From assembly GCA_002633005.1 (NCBI GenBank), contig NMRA01000783.1:54926-118925 (forward strand): a stretch of DNA of 64,000 bases, read 5' to 3'. The translations under genes were made by a program, and so were the position numbers. Positions 1 through 13,379 of the stretch are shown here, in pieces (positions within the stretch are counted from its first letter, which is position 1; each line of letters opens with the position of its first letter). The stretch comes from Phoronis australis. Lineage: Eukaryota > Animalia > Phoronida. A model generated the notes under the pieces. The model had not been told where the DNA came from. It searched no databases and saw only the letters and a list, made by a program, of their open reading frames with translations.

Positions 1-593
1 CCCCCCCCCCTTACTGAAAACGTAGATCCGCCACTGGAATATTCAATATCGAATTTAAAACCCCAACAGTACTGACGCCACGGGAACTCTTCAGTTGGCT
101 CAACACTAACTGGCCGGGATTTGAACAAAAAGCGGATTCGTCGGTTTTCTTTTTCATTGATAGAAAAACAAATTTTCAATTGACGTTTTGCGAATTTGAA
201 AACAAAAATAGAACTTCTCTTTTCGTTTTGAGTCAACATATTGAATGTAACGGAACTTGAATCAGAGGGCCGCGACCGACTACCGACGTACTTACGTTGA
301 GTGCCGTCATGCATTGTGGTCGAGATAGTAAGTCTATCGATAGAGTTAGCAAGTCTATCGATGGAGTATCTAAGTCTACAGGTATTTACAGGAATTCAAT
401 CGAAAGAGATAATGATTAGCATATCGTCAGTCTAAACTAGGGCACTCAACAATCTGTCCCCGGAGTGCTCTCCCCGGATAGAAAACAATGAACTTTGTCG
501 CTACAGATGTCGCTTCAAATCTGGACTCGGAACGAGGCTGCAAAAGGAAACTGCGAGTAGTGTCGTGTTCAAGTATCCAGCTTGTTGTTGACC

Positions 594-687
594 ATGACAA
601 ATGTCCAGAAATTGGTTTATTCATTTATTGAATTTCTTGAGGACCAAAAGCAGTTACTCGACGCTGAATCTGTTGAAAGTTTAGATG
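594..687 (+). CDS. SGTA: SGTA exon 1
   Basis: ACCATG start; [31 protein letters not shown]; donor G|gtactg. Confidence 0.88.
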
Positions 688-3600
688 GTACTGTTGAATT
701 TCTAGTGACGTTGTCATCTGTCCAGTCAACACGCGACTTAGTTTTAAGAGTAAAACAGTGATAGTCAGATAGTGAATAGTTGAGGTCTGATCAAAGGTGC
801 CTGTGGTGACTATCCGTCTCTAGCTGGCCAAAAGACGGTGAACCTCCTTTGGCTTTAGGAGCTTCATACTTCGGAAGCTTTTGGGCTAGTCTTACCTCAC
901 ACTGATTAAAACATCAAAGTCATGTGTTATAAGTACCTTTTGCGTATAGAGGGTCACCGGCGTAGGAGGCCGTCGATGTCAGTAATTCCTTCAATCCTTG
1001 CAACTCCAACAAGTATCCTGTTGTCAAACTTTTTCTTCGAGCAGTTCTTCGTTCAGTTCCCAAAATCAGAAACTAGCCATGGCACTGGTTGGATATAGCG
1101 GTCCCTGATTTAGAGAAGCAGGCAATCACTGAGTAACGGTCCCGTTATTTAGTGGATGAAACTGCATGGTTCTCTAAATCAGGGATAGCATTGGTACAAA
1201 GCTGTATACTAAATATACAGCTTTGCACCACTGTGGGTAAAAAAGTGGTAAGATAAAATCTGACACAAAATTAGAGTCATTAAAAACTACAGTCTTCTTT
1301 GACTAAACTAAAGTATGTAACGGTGTTGGAAAAATGGCGTTCTACTGTTATTCTGCTGCTATGTTGTGGAGCTATCTTTAGCGACAGCTTTTGGTGCCAT
1401 GAAATATTTGCGTCACCTATTGGCCAGTATCTTTTTTCGCCGATTCTTCAATCAACTGTAATTGTTCTTTCACGAGGTTGCGTACACGTCTCAACAAATT
1501 ATCGGAACCAGTTTCACTTCAAGTTTTTAGAATTTTGATCCCGAAAAGCCGAATTTCAGAAGAAATTTTGCTGCTGCCAAGCTATGATCATCTCCCAAGA
1601 GATGTCGCAAAAATTTAGGAAATGGCACGTAGGCGTGACACGAGCGTCCTGTTTTCAAAACGACGACATACTTTTCATTGTTAGAAAAGGCAGCGAGTTA
1701 CGCAAGAAAATGACGTTTATTGCATTGTTTTTCGCTTAAACGGTTGTAATGGGCAAGGTGAGTGTCGGTTGATTCCCATATTTTGCATGCACTCCGTCCA
1801 GACTTTAGCTTTACAAGTCATGTTGATACAAGTTTCACGGCGAGGTGACGAGCAGAACTACCCTGGCTGTGTGCAATTTCGGGTCTATGGAAAAAAATAC
1901 ACACAGTGGTACCTAGCTTATTTTGACGACAGTCTTCATACAGCTAGCTGGCTGGCTAAATCAGGGACTGCTATATTCGACCAGTGCCCTGGCCATTTTT
2001 AACTCTGCTCCCTGGCATGTGCTGTGTAAAAATGGCCAGTTTCCTATTTTGGGAACTGAACGAACGACTGCTCGAAGCAAATGTTTGATAATGGGAGTAT
2101 TTGTTCCACTTCCAGTTGGAAGAAATTAAAGACACCGACAGCCTCCCTCCTAAGGTGTCCCTCTATGCGCAAACATTACTTATAACAACATTATTTTGAT
2201 GCTTTAAACAGTGTAAGGTATAATTCACTGAAAAGCTCCCGGCATATGAAGCTCCTACTGGCCAGCTAGTAACGGTGGTCACCGTCTACACTCGACCAGC
2301 TACCAGTCACAGTCACAGTGTCAGAACACTTTGACTAGCCTTGGTGCAAAGCTGTACTACTAAGATATAGTTTTGTGCCAATTTAGGCAAAAACTGACCG
2401 AGTAAAATGTGACATGTAATAAGTGTCATTAAAATCTATACTCTTCTTTGAGTAAACTAAATTATTTACTGGTGTTGGAAAAATTGGTGTTGAAAAAATT
2501 GGCATTCTACCGTTGTTCTGTTGCTTAAGCTGTGGAGTGATCTTTTGCGTCGGCTTTTGGTGTCATGAAATATTACGTCACGTGTTGGCCCGTTTCTTTT
2601 TGCGCCCATTTTTCAATCAACTGTTCTTTTTTCACGAGGTTGCCTGCATGTCGCAAAAAATCATCACAATTGGTTTCATTTCGTTTCAAATTTTTAGTAT
2701 TTTAATACCAGTACCAGCAAAGCAAATTTCAGAACAAGTTTGCTGCTGCGAAGCTGTCATTGTCTGCCGGGAGATGTGGAAAAGAATTTAGGAAATGGCA
2801 CGTGCCACGAGCTCACTGTTTTCAACAACACGATAGACTTTTCTTTTCTACAAAAGGCAGAGAATTACACGAGAAAATGATGTTAATTAGATTGTTTTTT
2901 CACTTAAACAGGTGTAACAGGCAAGGTGAGTGTCTGGTAACTCCCACATTTTGCATGCACCCTCGGTGGTCATTAATTCAACATGTAAGTTTCATGACAA
3001 GGTGACGAGCAGAATTACCCTGATTGTGTGAAATTTTGTGGTCTAATGAAGTTCAACACATAGTGGTACCTCTCCATGTTTTGACGATAGTCTTCACACA
3101 GCTAGCAGGCTGACTTCAGACAGTGACCAGTCCACCGTCTCTAGCTGGCCCCAATTGGGCTCCTATAGGAGCTTCATGTACTGGAAACTTTCCGGCCAAT
3201 TATGCATCACACCTTAAAATGCGCTAAAACAGTTGTCCCTTCCAGGTTATCTGTTCCTGATCACACTGATTAAAATATAAGATTCAAGTTATTATTTGTT
3301 CATAGAGGGACACCTTAGGAGGCCGTCTATGTTCAATTTCTTTCAACTCAAACAAATACTCCTGTAATCAAACTTTTTCTTCGAGCAGTCCTTCATTCAT
3401 TTGCCCAAATCGGCAACTGGCCACTTTTACACTGCGCTCACTCCTATTTTTACCACACCTGCCAGGAATGTCTTTGGAATATGAGTTTACCAATCCTGTG
3501 ATGGACGATCCAGTTGAATTAGTAATCAAGTTTCACAAACACACGTGATGCACTTTGTACACGTAACCATAGCCCTAATGAAGATCCTGTAAAAGTATCA

Positions 3601-6600
3601 CTACACGACGTCATCAGTATAGTCATATCTGAAATTGTCACAGGTGGACTGCCCTTACTGTATATTTGTTGTTTTTCTAGTTGCCACACAATGCCTGGAG
3701 GCTGCATATGGACTGGATCAGTGTGAGACTGACCAGCTGAGAGTGCCTATGAAACTAGCTGATATATTTAATGAAGCTGTAGGGTGCATGCCAGAGGAAG
3801 ACGACTTCACGTTATTAAACCCAGAGGTAACACCAGAAGCACAGCTGGAGGCCGACAGACTCAAAGCACAAGGTAGTTCGTTTTTTGTCGCTTTAAAAGG
3901 GTGACTCGACGCTGGTCCTCATTCGTTCTGAACCCTGGGCACCTGTAAAATGATTCTAGCAATTTTTTTTTTTTATTTCCAGAAGTGTGCTGGTGAAAAT
4001 CTGAATACCCCCTATCAACTAAGCTTTCCTTTGACTTTGTTCGGTAATATAGGCACTCTGATTTTATCATGATTGTAGATGAAAAATGTTCAAAGTAAAA
4101 TGCTGTAAAGAGCTAGTTTATTTTTTTTATTATGAGAAATGTTTCATAAAAATATTGCAGGCGGTCCAATACCTGAATTGCATTGGACATGCGCAGGCCA
4201 CCTACGCCGGGCCCATTGCACAAAACACCTGATTTGCAGCTTATGAGACACATTTTGGGTTACACGTAAGAAATTTTCGAAAATTGAAAAAAATGAGACC
4301 TGGCAAGGACTACTTGTTCTGAATTTCTTCAGCTAAACAAATCATTCATTGAAATTTTGCAAAAGTTTTCCACTAAAATTGGATAGATGGCGAACTTGAT
4401 TTAGCTGGACAGTATTTACCAAAATTAAGTGGAAACTTCGAAATTAGACAAAGTTGTGATGCTCAAAACCACAACTAAATATCCATGGACTAGAATTCAA
4501 TTTAGGCCCCGCTAAGTGTTACTCCATCCGCATAGTTGAAATTGCAACAACTTATTAATAATGTACAAACAATTAATGGATAGGCACAACAACGTCACAT
4601 TAATCTCCGTCAAAAGTGCGACAAAAATGCTATTTTATTGCAACAAGCGTGTGACTAAACTGCCAAACAATTAAGGCGTTATGTTGATCAACGTCCGACT
4701 GAGTTTTATTGAAGTCTGCTGTTACAGTACTGTTGCCATACCATTTTAAAAATAATGACTTAGTCGTGGTTTAGAAACTTGTCACTTTTAGCAGTACTGA
4801 GAATGAGGCACGAAACGAGGTAGATTGGATCATCTCATATTTTTGTCAGGATTTCCCCTCCTTGTGACCAGAAGTATTTTTCTTGAACTATTGAGACTCT
4901 AGGGATACCAAAACAGTGCTGGAGATTTTCAAAAGAGCCTCCACCCAGTATTACTCCTACGAGGGTCCTTTCAGAAATGGGGACTGAAAAATCCCCATGG
5001 AGGCTGTTCATCCATCACTCATAGTTTTCAAACTGCCAATAAAATGAAAACTGGTATTTCAAGTCAACCAAAGTTGAAATCTGGGTTGAAGAAACGAATC
5101 AACACCTCCAGTGCCCAACACCTTTGACTCAATTTTCTAATTTAGGGGCAGTCTCGGAATGCAGATGATGTGGTCACCTAAGCAATACAAGTTTCCGAAA
5201 GAGCACCAATGAGGCAAAAAATCACTTGTATGGGTACTACCTACTGGTTGATTTTTCATAAATTTGTTATGCATAGCAGGTACCCTGAAACTGAATCCAT
5301 GCTACTGCTTATTTGGGTACCTTGTCTGGCCGTTGGAAGTATTCTTTGTGATTCATATATGTATTGACATTTCAAGCATAATGTAAATTCGAAGTCATGT
5401 ATCCGTTGTTTTACAGGTAATGAGTTCATGAAGTCCGAGAGGTTTGAGGAGGCGTTAGACGCGTATTCCAAAGCCATTGAGTTGGACCCCTTTAATGCCG
5501 TTTATTACTGCAACAGGTAGGAATATGTAGTCCCGATTCATGTGTGTCCTAATATTTTGAAAGAAAGGGCTCGAGTAATATTTTGCCGGTAAGTGATGGA
5601 CTTCATCAGTACATAGCCTAACTCTAGGGCATCGTGATGATCGGGTACTTCGCCCTGGATATAATTTTGTGTTTGTTTTCAGGATTTGGCAATGACCGAA
5701 GTCGAGCTATAAACAACAAGTTTGCAAATTACTTCAGTGCCACTGTTTCCTTGCTTAAGAAATGGACTTGAATTTGATTTTGATCAGCATTTGTAGTCAA
5801 AAGTTTTGATGGTCAGGCATTTGCCACACCCAGCAACACCAAAAGATTCTATCTTGTAAGGGGAAATCCAACTTGTTGGTACGATCAAGTTAACAACCTA
5901 GAACAGCTGTGCAGACTTCGTCCGGACTTCTTGAATTAAGTACAAAATCCGTAAAACTTGATTTTTGACTTTTTACCTATCACTTGTTAAATTGGGCCAT
6001 GTGGCCATTTTTGTTTTTCGCTTTACCCAACTTTTTGAGATCCATCGTAAAATTTATGAAGTCCTGCTTTTGATAACCCCTCGTCAGTCGTCATACGAAA
6101 GTGGAACACTTGAGCAACAATTCCTAACAGCGTTTTTAAAAACAATGCATAACGTATAGTACCTGAAAAATCCACACAACTCCGATCTGAGGTATGATGT
6201 TCCGAGGTTAACCTTGTTTGGATGTTTTTCTAGGTCCTACATAATCATAATTGAATATGTGACATGTGCATATCCTGACTTAACTTACACTTTTGAGTTT
6301 TCTGTACATGGAAATAACCCTCCCCCCATGTTCTTATCTGGTAACCATTGATCATTTGTAGGGCCGCAGCTTATAGCAAGCTTGAAAAGCACAAGCTAGC
6401 CTTGAGAGATTGCGACAGAGCATTAAAAATTCAGCCGGATTATGGAAAAGCTTTTGGAAGGAAGGGGTAGGATTTCAAATTTGATATTCATTTTGATAGC
6501 TTTTGCAGTGTGGAAACAGGGTGAGACAAATAGGTTACGCGGTATTGGCCTAGGGAAATAAGTGAAAGGAGTCCTTCGTTTTGATCATTTGACTAAACAG

Positions 6601-9600
6601 AGAAGGGAGATGTACACATGCGTGATGGAATTCATGATGTAGGAGTTGTTCAAGAGACAACCTGATTGCATGCATTTTGCGAGTGCTGTGGGACCGTTTC
6701 ACCAGGTGCCTCGTAGAGAATTTCAATCTCATTATGTAGGTAAAATGGGTAAATAGTATTCAGGCAATAGGTAGCTAAAAATGTATTACTGTACCTTATG
6801 TTTTAGCTCCTAGTTTCCAAGAACGTTCTTAATTTTTACAATGATGTGTCAATTACGAAATTCTTGATGAATTAGTGTTGTATAACTTGTGAGCTTTCAT
6901 ACTACTATGAAAAAATACTGAGTTATCAAAAAACAGTCACAGTCTGGCTGATTGACACCAAAATAGAGGTACCTTTTAGTGCAGCCAAGTGACAATAGTG
7001 TCACAGGATCACTGATTCTTCGGGAAAGTACCAGTGTGTTTCTGTTTGTTACAGACTCGCTCACTCAGCGCTCAATGAACATGAGCAGGCCATCACATGC
7101 TATACTAGGGCTCTAGAACTAGATCCTGATAACCAGAGCTATAGAAATAATATGGACGTTTCAAAACAAAAGTTAACCACAAGTCCTTCACAAGGTCCAG
7201 AGGTTGGTATCTCATTGACACACTTCATTTGAGCGGAGATGTACGCAAAGCAAATACATTTAGCCATGTGTCAGCACAGAACGAACATGTTTGACATAAC
7301 GCGCACAAAGACACTCCTGTCGAGTTCATGCAGAATTGTGGCCACAGTGTAGTTTTCATGAAAAGCTGACAACTTTTTTCTACACATTTTTTTCCGTACG
7401 GATAGTCGTAATGTAAGATATATTTCATAGTGTAAGTGTTGAAAATAATTATTCAAACCTGTGTATTTTCATTCGCACGACTCATTTGTAAACAAAGTAA
7501 CACTGAATGTTAATCAAACAGTCTGAGAGTGCCCACAAGAGTACATCCATTCTATTAACAAAGCTTGAGTTGATGACTATTTTCAATATCCAAAAATCTG
7601 CAATTTTCTTGCTAAAATGTTCAGCTGTTCCATTAACAACGCGCAATATTTCTGAAGTCTCCATTTCCGTCATTACTAAGTTGAGAGCGGAGTTAGCGTA
7701 TAGTTAATGAAAAATCTGACGTGACTGCAAAAGCCTCGTTTTCTCTTTTGTGGAATTTCTTGATGAAAACTGTGTGAATTTTATTACAGGTTGGTGGTGC
7801 TGGGAATATGCCTTCATTTGGAGGCATGGATATGAGTCAGCTGATGAATAATCCCCAGATTATGAGAATGGTAAGAAACTGGCATGTGTGTTTCATGCGA
7901 CCATTGGTTTGTCATTTTCAGGGTAACACGTAATGCGTTCAGCCAAACGCGAAACAAGTGTCTTCTAATCAGTAGTGTCATCTGAGTTTGTTTTGTGTCA
8001 AATGTATGCCTTTCATGGACTTCATGGAGCTCTGGTCTATTTTGGAAAAAAAGTCTTGCAGTTAATAACTTTGTGTGGAATCCTTGGGGTCCTTAATTAT
8101 GACTGATCCAAAATTTAACATTATTTCTCAAAATAACCAATGTTACCAAATCCTCGTTTCCGTCATCACTGTCTACATTTAGATGATTGGCTACCAAATT
8201 GTTTAATCTTGTTTTGCATCAATACTGCGTTGTTATGAGATGGGTTCTTCGAGTGGGTCTCAGTCATTTTAAATGAATTTATGAACTCAAACTTTACCAG
8301 TTTCTTTCTCCATCAATAATGTCGGGAATGGTTAGCACACGCTGTGGCTGGCTATTGTCGTGATTAGGATCTATTGCCGTTTGGCTATTAACACAAAGAC
8401 TTACAGCACTCACAGTTATGTGACAGTGACTGTATGGTGTTTGTGCATAACTTCACCTTCTTTTTTAATCTGTTACAGAAATATTGCTTTCACCATATGA
8501 AGTAGTGACCCGCCTGTGGAGTCCATCTCCAATTTCATTCTAAACAAACGGGTGTAATGATTCGTGTATTGATAGCTCTTTTGGCACCTCAGAAATGACT
8601 CCCAGCCTTTACTGTGTAGTCATGCCAGTTTTGCTGTGTAGTGGGAAGTTGTTTAATTCATGGCGTGGTGTTGATAATATCCAAAATTGGAAAATAATCA
8701 AGGGTGTGTGTCGTGCACCTTTTAATTTGTCATCACTATGTTACTTGTATGTCTGAACACAGTGCAGTACTTTATACTTATGTCGCGGTTTCCTTTACAG
8801 GCTCAGAATTTCATGTCAAACCCTCAAATGCAGCAGGTGTAAGTAGAGTTGATAAAGTAATACTATTTCACTTGTACTGGGGTGTTTTTAAAAAGACTAA
8901 AACCATTACTATATCTCCGCATTAGGGTGATTTCATGGAAACGCCTTGTGATTTGAGCATGTGCACAAGATTAGTTTAAGCACTCTTTAGCTGGCTAAAA
9001 GTGAAATTATATCAGGTCTTTTACTCGCACACAAACTGCATTATGATATTATTTTTCAATCATNATCTATTGCCGTTTGGCTATTAACACCAAGACTTAC
9101 AGCACTCACAGTTATGTGACAGTGACTGTATGGTGTTTGTGCACAACTTCGCCCTCTTTTTTAATCTGTTACAGAAATATTGCTTTCACCATTAATGAAG
9201 TAGTGACCCGCCTGTGGAGTCCATCTCCAATTTCATTCTAAACAAACGGGTGTAATGATTCGTGTATTGATAGCTCTTTTGGCACCTCAGAAATGGCTCC
9301 CAACCTTTACTGTGTAGTCATGCCAGTTTTGCTGTGTATTGGGAAGTTGTTTAATTCATGGCGTGGTGTTGATAATATCCAAAATTGGAAAATAATCAAG
9401 GGTGTGTGTCGTGCACCTTTTAATTTGTCATCACTATGTTACTTGTATGTCTGAACACAGTGCAGTACTTTATACTTATGTCATGGTTTCCTTTACAGGC
9501 TCAGAATTTCATGTCAAACCCTCAAATGCAGCAGGTGTAAGTAGAGTTGATAAAGTAATACTATTTCACTTGTACTGGGGTGTTTTTAAAAAGACTAAAA

Positions 9601-12600
9601 CCATTACTATATCTCCGCATTAGGGTGATTTCATGGAAACGCCTTGTGATTTGAGCATGTGCACAAGATTAGTTTAAGCACTCTTTAGCTGGCTAAAAGT
9701 GAAATTATATCAGGTCTTTTACTCGCATACAAACTGCATTATGATATTATTTTTCAATCATAAACAAAATGTTTATACCATTTGGGACTCAAGAGAACAT
9801 TTCAGAGTTTGTTGGCGTTGGCCAACCCTAAAATTGCAAATTTGAAAGTGGCACACGTACGCATTGTCTGTGACTTGAGCTTGGAACTGAGTGCTGAGCA
9901 AGCTTGTAATTGAATGTTGAGCAAGCTTGGAACTGAGTGCTGAGCAAGCTTGGAATTGAGTGCTGAGCAAGCTTGCAACTGAGTGCTGAACAAGCTTGGA
10001 GCTGAGTGCTGAGCAAGCTTGGAACTGAGTACTTTAATGTAACTTTTATGCTTTGTCAAATTTTTGTAAAGTTGTGAGAGTGCTCTTGCATCACATACGC
10101 AGGAATGAGGCCATGCATTCTGTTCCCCGCCATGGCCTGGGCCCGGTCTCTAATCTTTTTGCTATAATAAATGGAACTCGAAATTATGTTTGGCATTTTC
10201 GACTGTACTTTTGTGCCAACTCAAGTAAATTGTATTGTTCTATGCTGGAGTTCATAATGACTTATGTGAATAATTTATTAGTCCCAGTTTACAGTTGATA
10301 AACCCAACATTAAGGCTAAAAGTTTGAGTTTGGACTCGAAATTTCGAGTTTTTACTCGAGTTTGCAGCAAGAATGTAAGGGTCACCAAGTGCTAAGTTGG
10401 GCTGGAAACTCATGTGAGTAAACTATATGTATTCAAGCACATCTGAGTTCGCACAAAAGATGTAGAGAAATTGCCAAAAATAATTTCAAGTTCTTTTCGA
10501 GTACAAATATTAGAGACCGGACCTTGGCCTGGTGCTCTTCACAAGTCCATTGGCAGACTTGCTTCTCCCATACCCATGGCTACAACTCTTGCCCATCAAG
10601 ATTGAATACCAGGAGAAAAATTACTGAAATATCTCCATCTGTTGTGTTACAGGATGACTAACCTAGTGGGTAACTTAGGGGGTAGTAATGACAGTGACGG
10701 AGCGGGGCAGATGCCTGATATGAGTGCATTTCTCAGAGTGTGAGTACTTTTCAGTCATTTTGAAAGGAATGTCATTTTGTAGATTTCAAATCACTGATGA
10801 CATTATTGGTGAGAGAAGTTATTTCCTGAAATTGGCCTCATCATGAAATCGAACGTTGAACCTCTTAATCTCACTCACAAAAACTACAGATTTTGTTGCT
10901 TTACAGCTCTGTTCAAAGCTAATATTTCCAAGAAGTCTATCCCATTCAACAATGATCCCAGTATGTGCTAGGTTAACGGATAATGTCCTGATAATTTCTC
11001 AAAATACGTCCTTGCTCATTTTGAAGATCTCGAATAACACAAAACGTGCATCAGTCCTTTCCATACTATGATACAAAGCGACTTTTATCCTCAAACAAAT
11101 CATTGAGTCGAGTAAACAATAGTGTAAAACAGCTGTCACATTTGACTAGGTAGGTTGTCTCTCCCAATACTGTATTGCTATCAGTCACATGTGATCTCGA
11201 TTGCGTTCTTGATAAAGCAAGGGAAAGTTAATAACCAGATTGTTTAAGTTAATCTAACTGTTATGATTTTCATGTGGAGGTTTGAAGTTCCTCTGCCTGG
11301 TAAGTGTCAACTTTCTCCCAATTCATGTTTTGTCAAATGGTCAGCCTTCAATGAAATATCTTTTTATTCGTCAATCAACGAAAAAATATGTCATGCCGCA
11401 AAGCGTTACACAATAATTATTGTTTCTTGTCACATGAGTATCTTCATTTTTTGCTTTGAATTCATTGTAAGTTTCTAAAAAAGAACTCGTGTTTGAACTA
11501 CATAACAGCAGTGTACAGGCAACCATGTTTAATTTCCCAATTGACCTATCGCAAGCTCCACCCCGTGCGAAATGTCAACAAACAAACAATAAGTTTTACC
11601 CGGCAATGTGTTGTTCGTCGGGTAAAATGGCGACTTGGAAACGAAGGTGTGTCAAGAATACTGCATTCTGATTGGTCAGTTAAGCCGTCACTCGAAATTT
11701 CAGTGATAGGTCAATTTTAGTCACCTTCAAACATCAACTGCAGTTTCAGAAATCAAAGTGCCTTTTGTATTAAAACAATGTCTTCATTTTTATTGCTGAT
11801 ATCTCTGTTGTTGGAAGGATAATCAAAAATCTAAAGTCATTGTTCCTTCAATCATAGACCATAACATAAGTGTGCAAAATTTTGTGTGCATTGACTCGTG
11901 CTCTGGGCAAAGTCAATTTCCATCCCAAGCACCTTGTTCTGGTTTAGTGTGTCGAAGCTTTTTTCTAATTTCAACACTGTCCAGTTTAGTGCATTTTAAT
12001 GGAAAGCAAATGTGATTATGTTCAAATTGGTGTCTACTCCTGCAAGGGTTTACTGGCAAAGCAAGCTGCTTTTGTTATGCTGAAATTTGTTTTCAATCAG
12101 AACAATAGTTTCTTGGCAAATTGAGCTCTCCTCATCACGGAGGTAAAAAAATACGAGCCAAAACAATGCTGATCTCTGTGTTTTAATCACCAGGGGACAG
12201 CAGTTTGCACAGCAGTTTCAACAGTCTAATCCAGAGTTGGTGGAAGAGATCAGGAGGCAGGCAGCTGGCTCCAACCCTGAGCCACCCCCATCAGGCACAG
12301 GTAAAATACTAACAATGTAAATTTTTTGACGTGAAAATGATGGTGAACTTCCCAGTTTTCAAAGGCATTACTAAATTGCAGTAAAGACGTTTTTAGCAGT
12401 CATCACTTTTTAATGAACTTTGCTCAGTGACAGTGTATTGTTCAACTTGATTTTGGAAAACTTTCCAAAATTCTAAATTTTACGAATTAATTTGGTAAAA
12501 AGTGACATTTTACATCTCTGTGGTTTTGTGTCTTGAACTGAATAGTTTGTCGTCTGCTTAAACATTCCCTTTAGGTCATATACAGTGTCACTTAAAGTCT

Positions 12601-13379
12601 CGTCTGCTCTCTGTTCACCTCTTCCAATCTTGTTTGCTGACGTTTTAGTGTGTTATTGATTGTCATACGTTTATTTGTATTAAAGGTCTTTGGCCCAAAG
12701 TACAATAAACAAAAATTAAACAGGCTCATTTGCACAGGCAGTCAACCCATTTAAGAGTTGTTCTCTTCTTTTAAGGGCAGGATATACATGATATTTAACA
12801 AAAGATATATCTGGAATAGCTAGTATACGTGTGTTTGGAATCTAGTCTACTCTATGAAACTCTGCCAAACTTGCCAACAAACTCTACCAAACTTTTTGTT
12901 CGTATATAGCAACCTGTCTTCGCACTGGCAAACTTCTTGTTTGCATACTCGGCTCAACTCAAGAATGCAGTTAACGAATCGTTAATTATGGTAAATAAAA
13001 AACCTGAGGCTGGCAATTCAGGGCATGCTCATTTTTGGTGTTTTAATTCGCAGAAACATTTTCACTTGAAAGTGGCTGCAGTGTTTTATTATTGATCCAG
13101 CATACATGTTGTTGTGCAGGTGTGTTTTACGTAGGTGTGCAGTTTGCAAATTTTCTCCGAGAAAGGCTGTCTCAGCATGTAGCTTCATACACATGTACAT
13201 CTAATTACAGCACTACATGGCAGAAATTTTCGTCATCTTTGTTGTGCTTGTGAGGGCCATGTCGCATAATGAATTCAGTTTAACACACTCAAGTTGGATT
13301 GTCATTTAGGCACACTGCTTTTCCGTTTAATGAAACGCTGTTCGTATCACTTGCAGAAAAACCAGAAGATCAAGGCTGA
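594..13379 (+). CDS. SGTA: Small glutamine-rich TPR co-chaperone (SGTA/SGT family), 10 coding exons, about 324 aa
   Basis: GT-AG exons 594-687, 3681-3872, 5417-5516, 6362-6466, 7055-7202, 7790-7870, 8801-8838, 10653-10739, 12194-12300, 13357-13379 join in frame (975 nt). The product has the N-terminal dimerisation domain ([15 protein letters not shown]...[16 protein letters not shown]), 3 TPRs ([46 protein letters not shown]) and an M/Q-rich C-terminus ([34 protein letters not shown]). The last exon is the least certain. Confidence 0.93.
806..3467. repeat. Composite interspersed-repeat array A(+)-B-A(-)-B-A(+) filling SGTA intron 1
   Basis: Module A (about 270-340 bp) at ~806-1080 (+), ~2031-2282 (-) and ~3123-3467 (+). 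Module B (about 770 bp, starting with hairpin TGGTACAAAGCTGTATA..TATACAGCTTTGCACCA) at ~1190-1957 and ~2340-3116. A 31-bp inverted repeat lies at 1081-1111/1958-1988. Confidence 0.8.
3681..3872 (+). CDS. SGTA: SGTA exon 2
   Basis: tttctag| [12 protein letters not shown]...EADRLKAQG |gtagtt. Confidence 0.9.
5417..5516 (+). CDS. SGTA: SGTA exon 3 (TPR1)
   Basis: ttacag| [33 protein letters not shown] |gtagga. Confidence 0.93.
6362..6466 (+). CDS. SGTA: SGTA exon 4 (TPR2)
   Basis: ttgtag| [35 protein letters not shown] |gtagga. Confidence 0.93.
7055..7202 (+). CDS. SGTA: SGTA exon 5 (TPR3)
   Basis: ttacag| [40 protein letters not shown]...GPE |gttggt. Confidence 0.9.
7790..7870 (+). CDS. SGTA: SGTA exon 6
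   Basis: ttacag| [27 protein letters not shown] |gtaaga. Confidence 0.9.
8369..9761. repeat. ~695-bp near-identical tandem duplication joined by a single N (probable assembly artefact)
   Basis: 8369-9063 vs 9065-9761, N at 9064, few SNP/indel differences. Confidence 0.9.
8801..8838 (+). CDS. SGTA: SGTA exon 7 (duplicate copy at 9499-9536)
   Basis: tttacag| [13 protein letters not shown] |gtaagt. Confidence 0.88.
9878..10032. repeat. 23-bp minisatellite, about 6.5 copies
   Basis: Unit AGCTTGGAACTGAGTGCTGAGCA repeated head-to-tail. Confidence 0.92.
10139..10524. mobile_element. MITE-like element with ~16-24 bp TIRs
   Basis: GGGCCCGGTCTCTAAT ... ATTAGAGACCGGACCT; TGGCCT occurs directly on both flanks (10133-38, 10525-30). 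Confidence 0.6.
10653..10739 (+). CDS. SGTA: SGTA exon 8
   Basis: ttacag| [29 protein letters not shown] |gtgagt. Confidence 0.85.
12194..12300 (+). CDS. SGTA: SGTA exon 9
   Basis: caccag| [35 protein letters not shown] |gtaaat. Confidence 0.9.
13357..13379 (+). CDS. SGTA: SGTA probable terminal coding exon
   Basis: ttgcag| EKPEDQG* in the correct phase, giving a short acidic tail as in SGT proteins; alternative endings exist. Confidence 0.6.

Noticed and set aside
8801-9536. Tandem duplicated SGTA exon 7
   Set aside because: Same single-N junction pattern; double inclusion would frameshift
9878-10032. CRISPR-like short repeat array
   Set aside because: Units are contiguous with no unique spacers; eukaryotic intron; no cas genes
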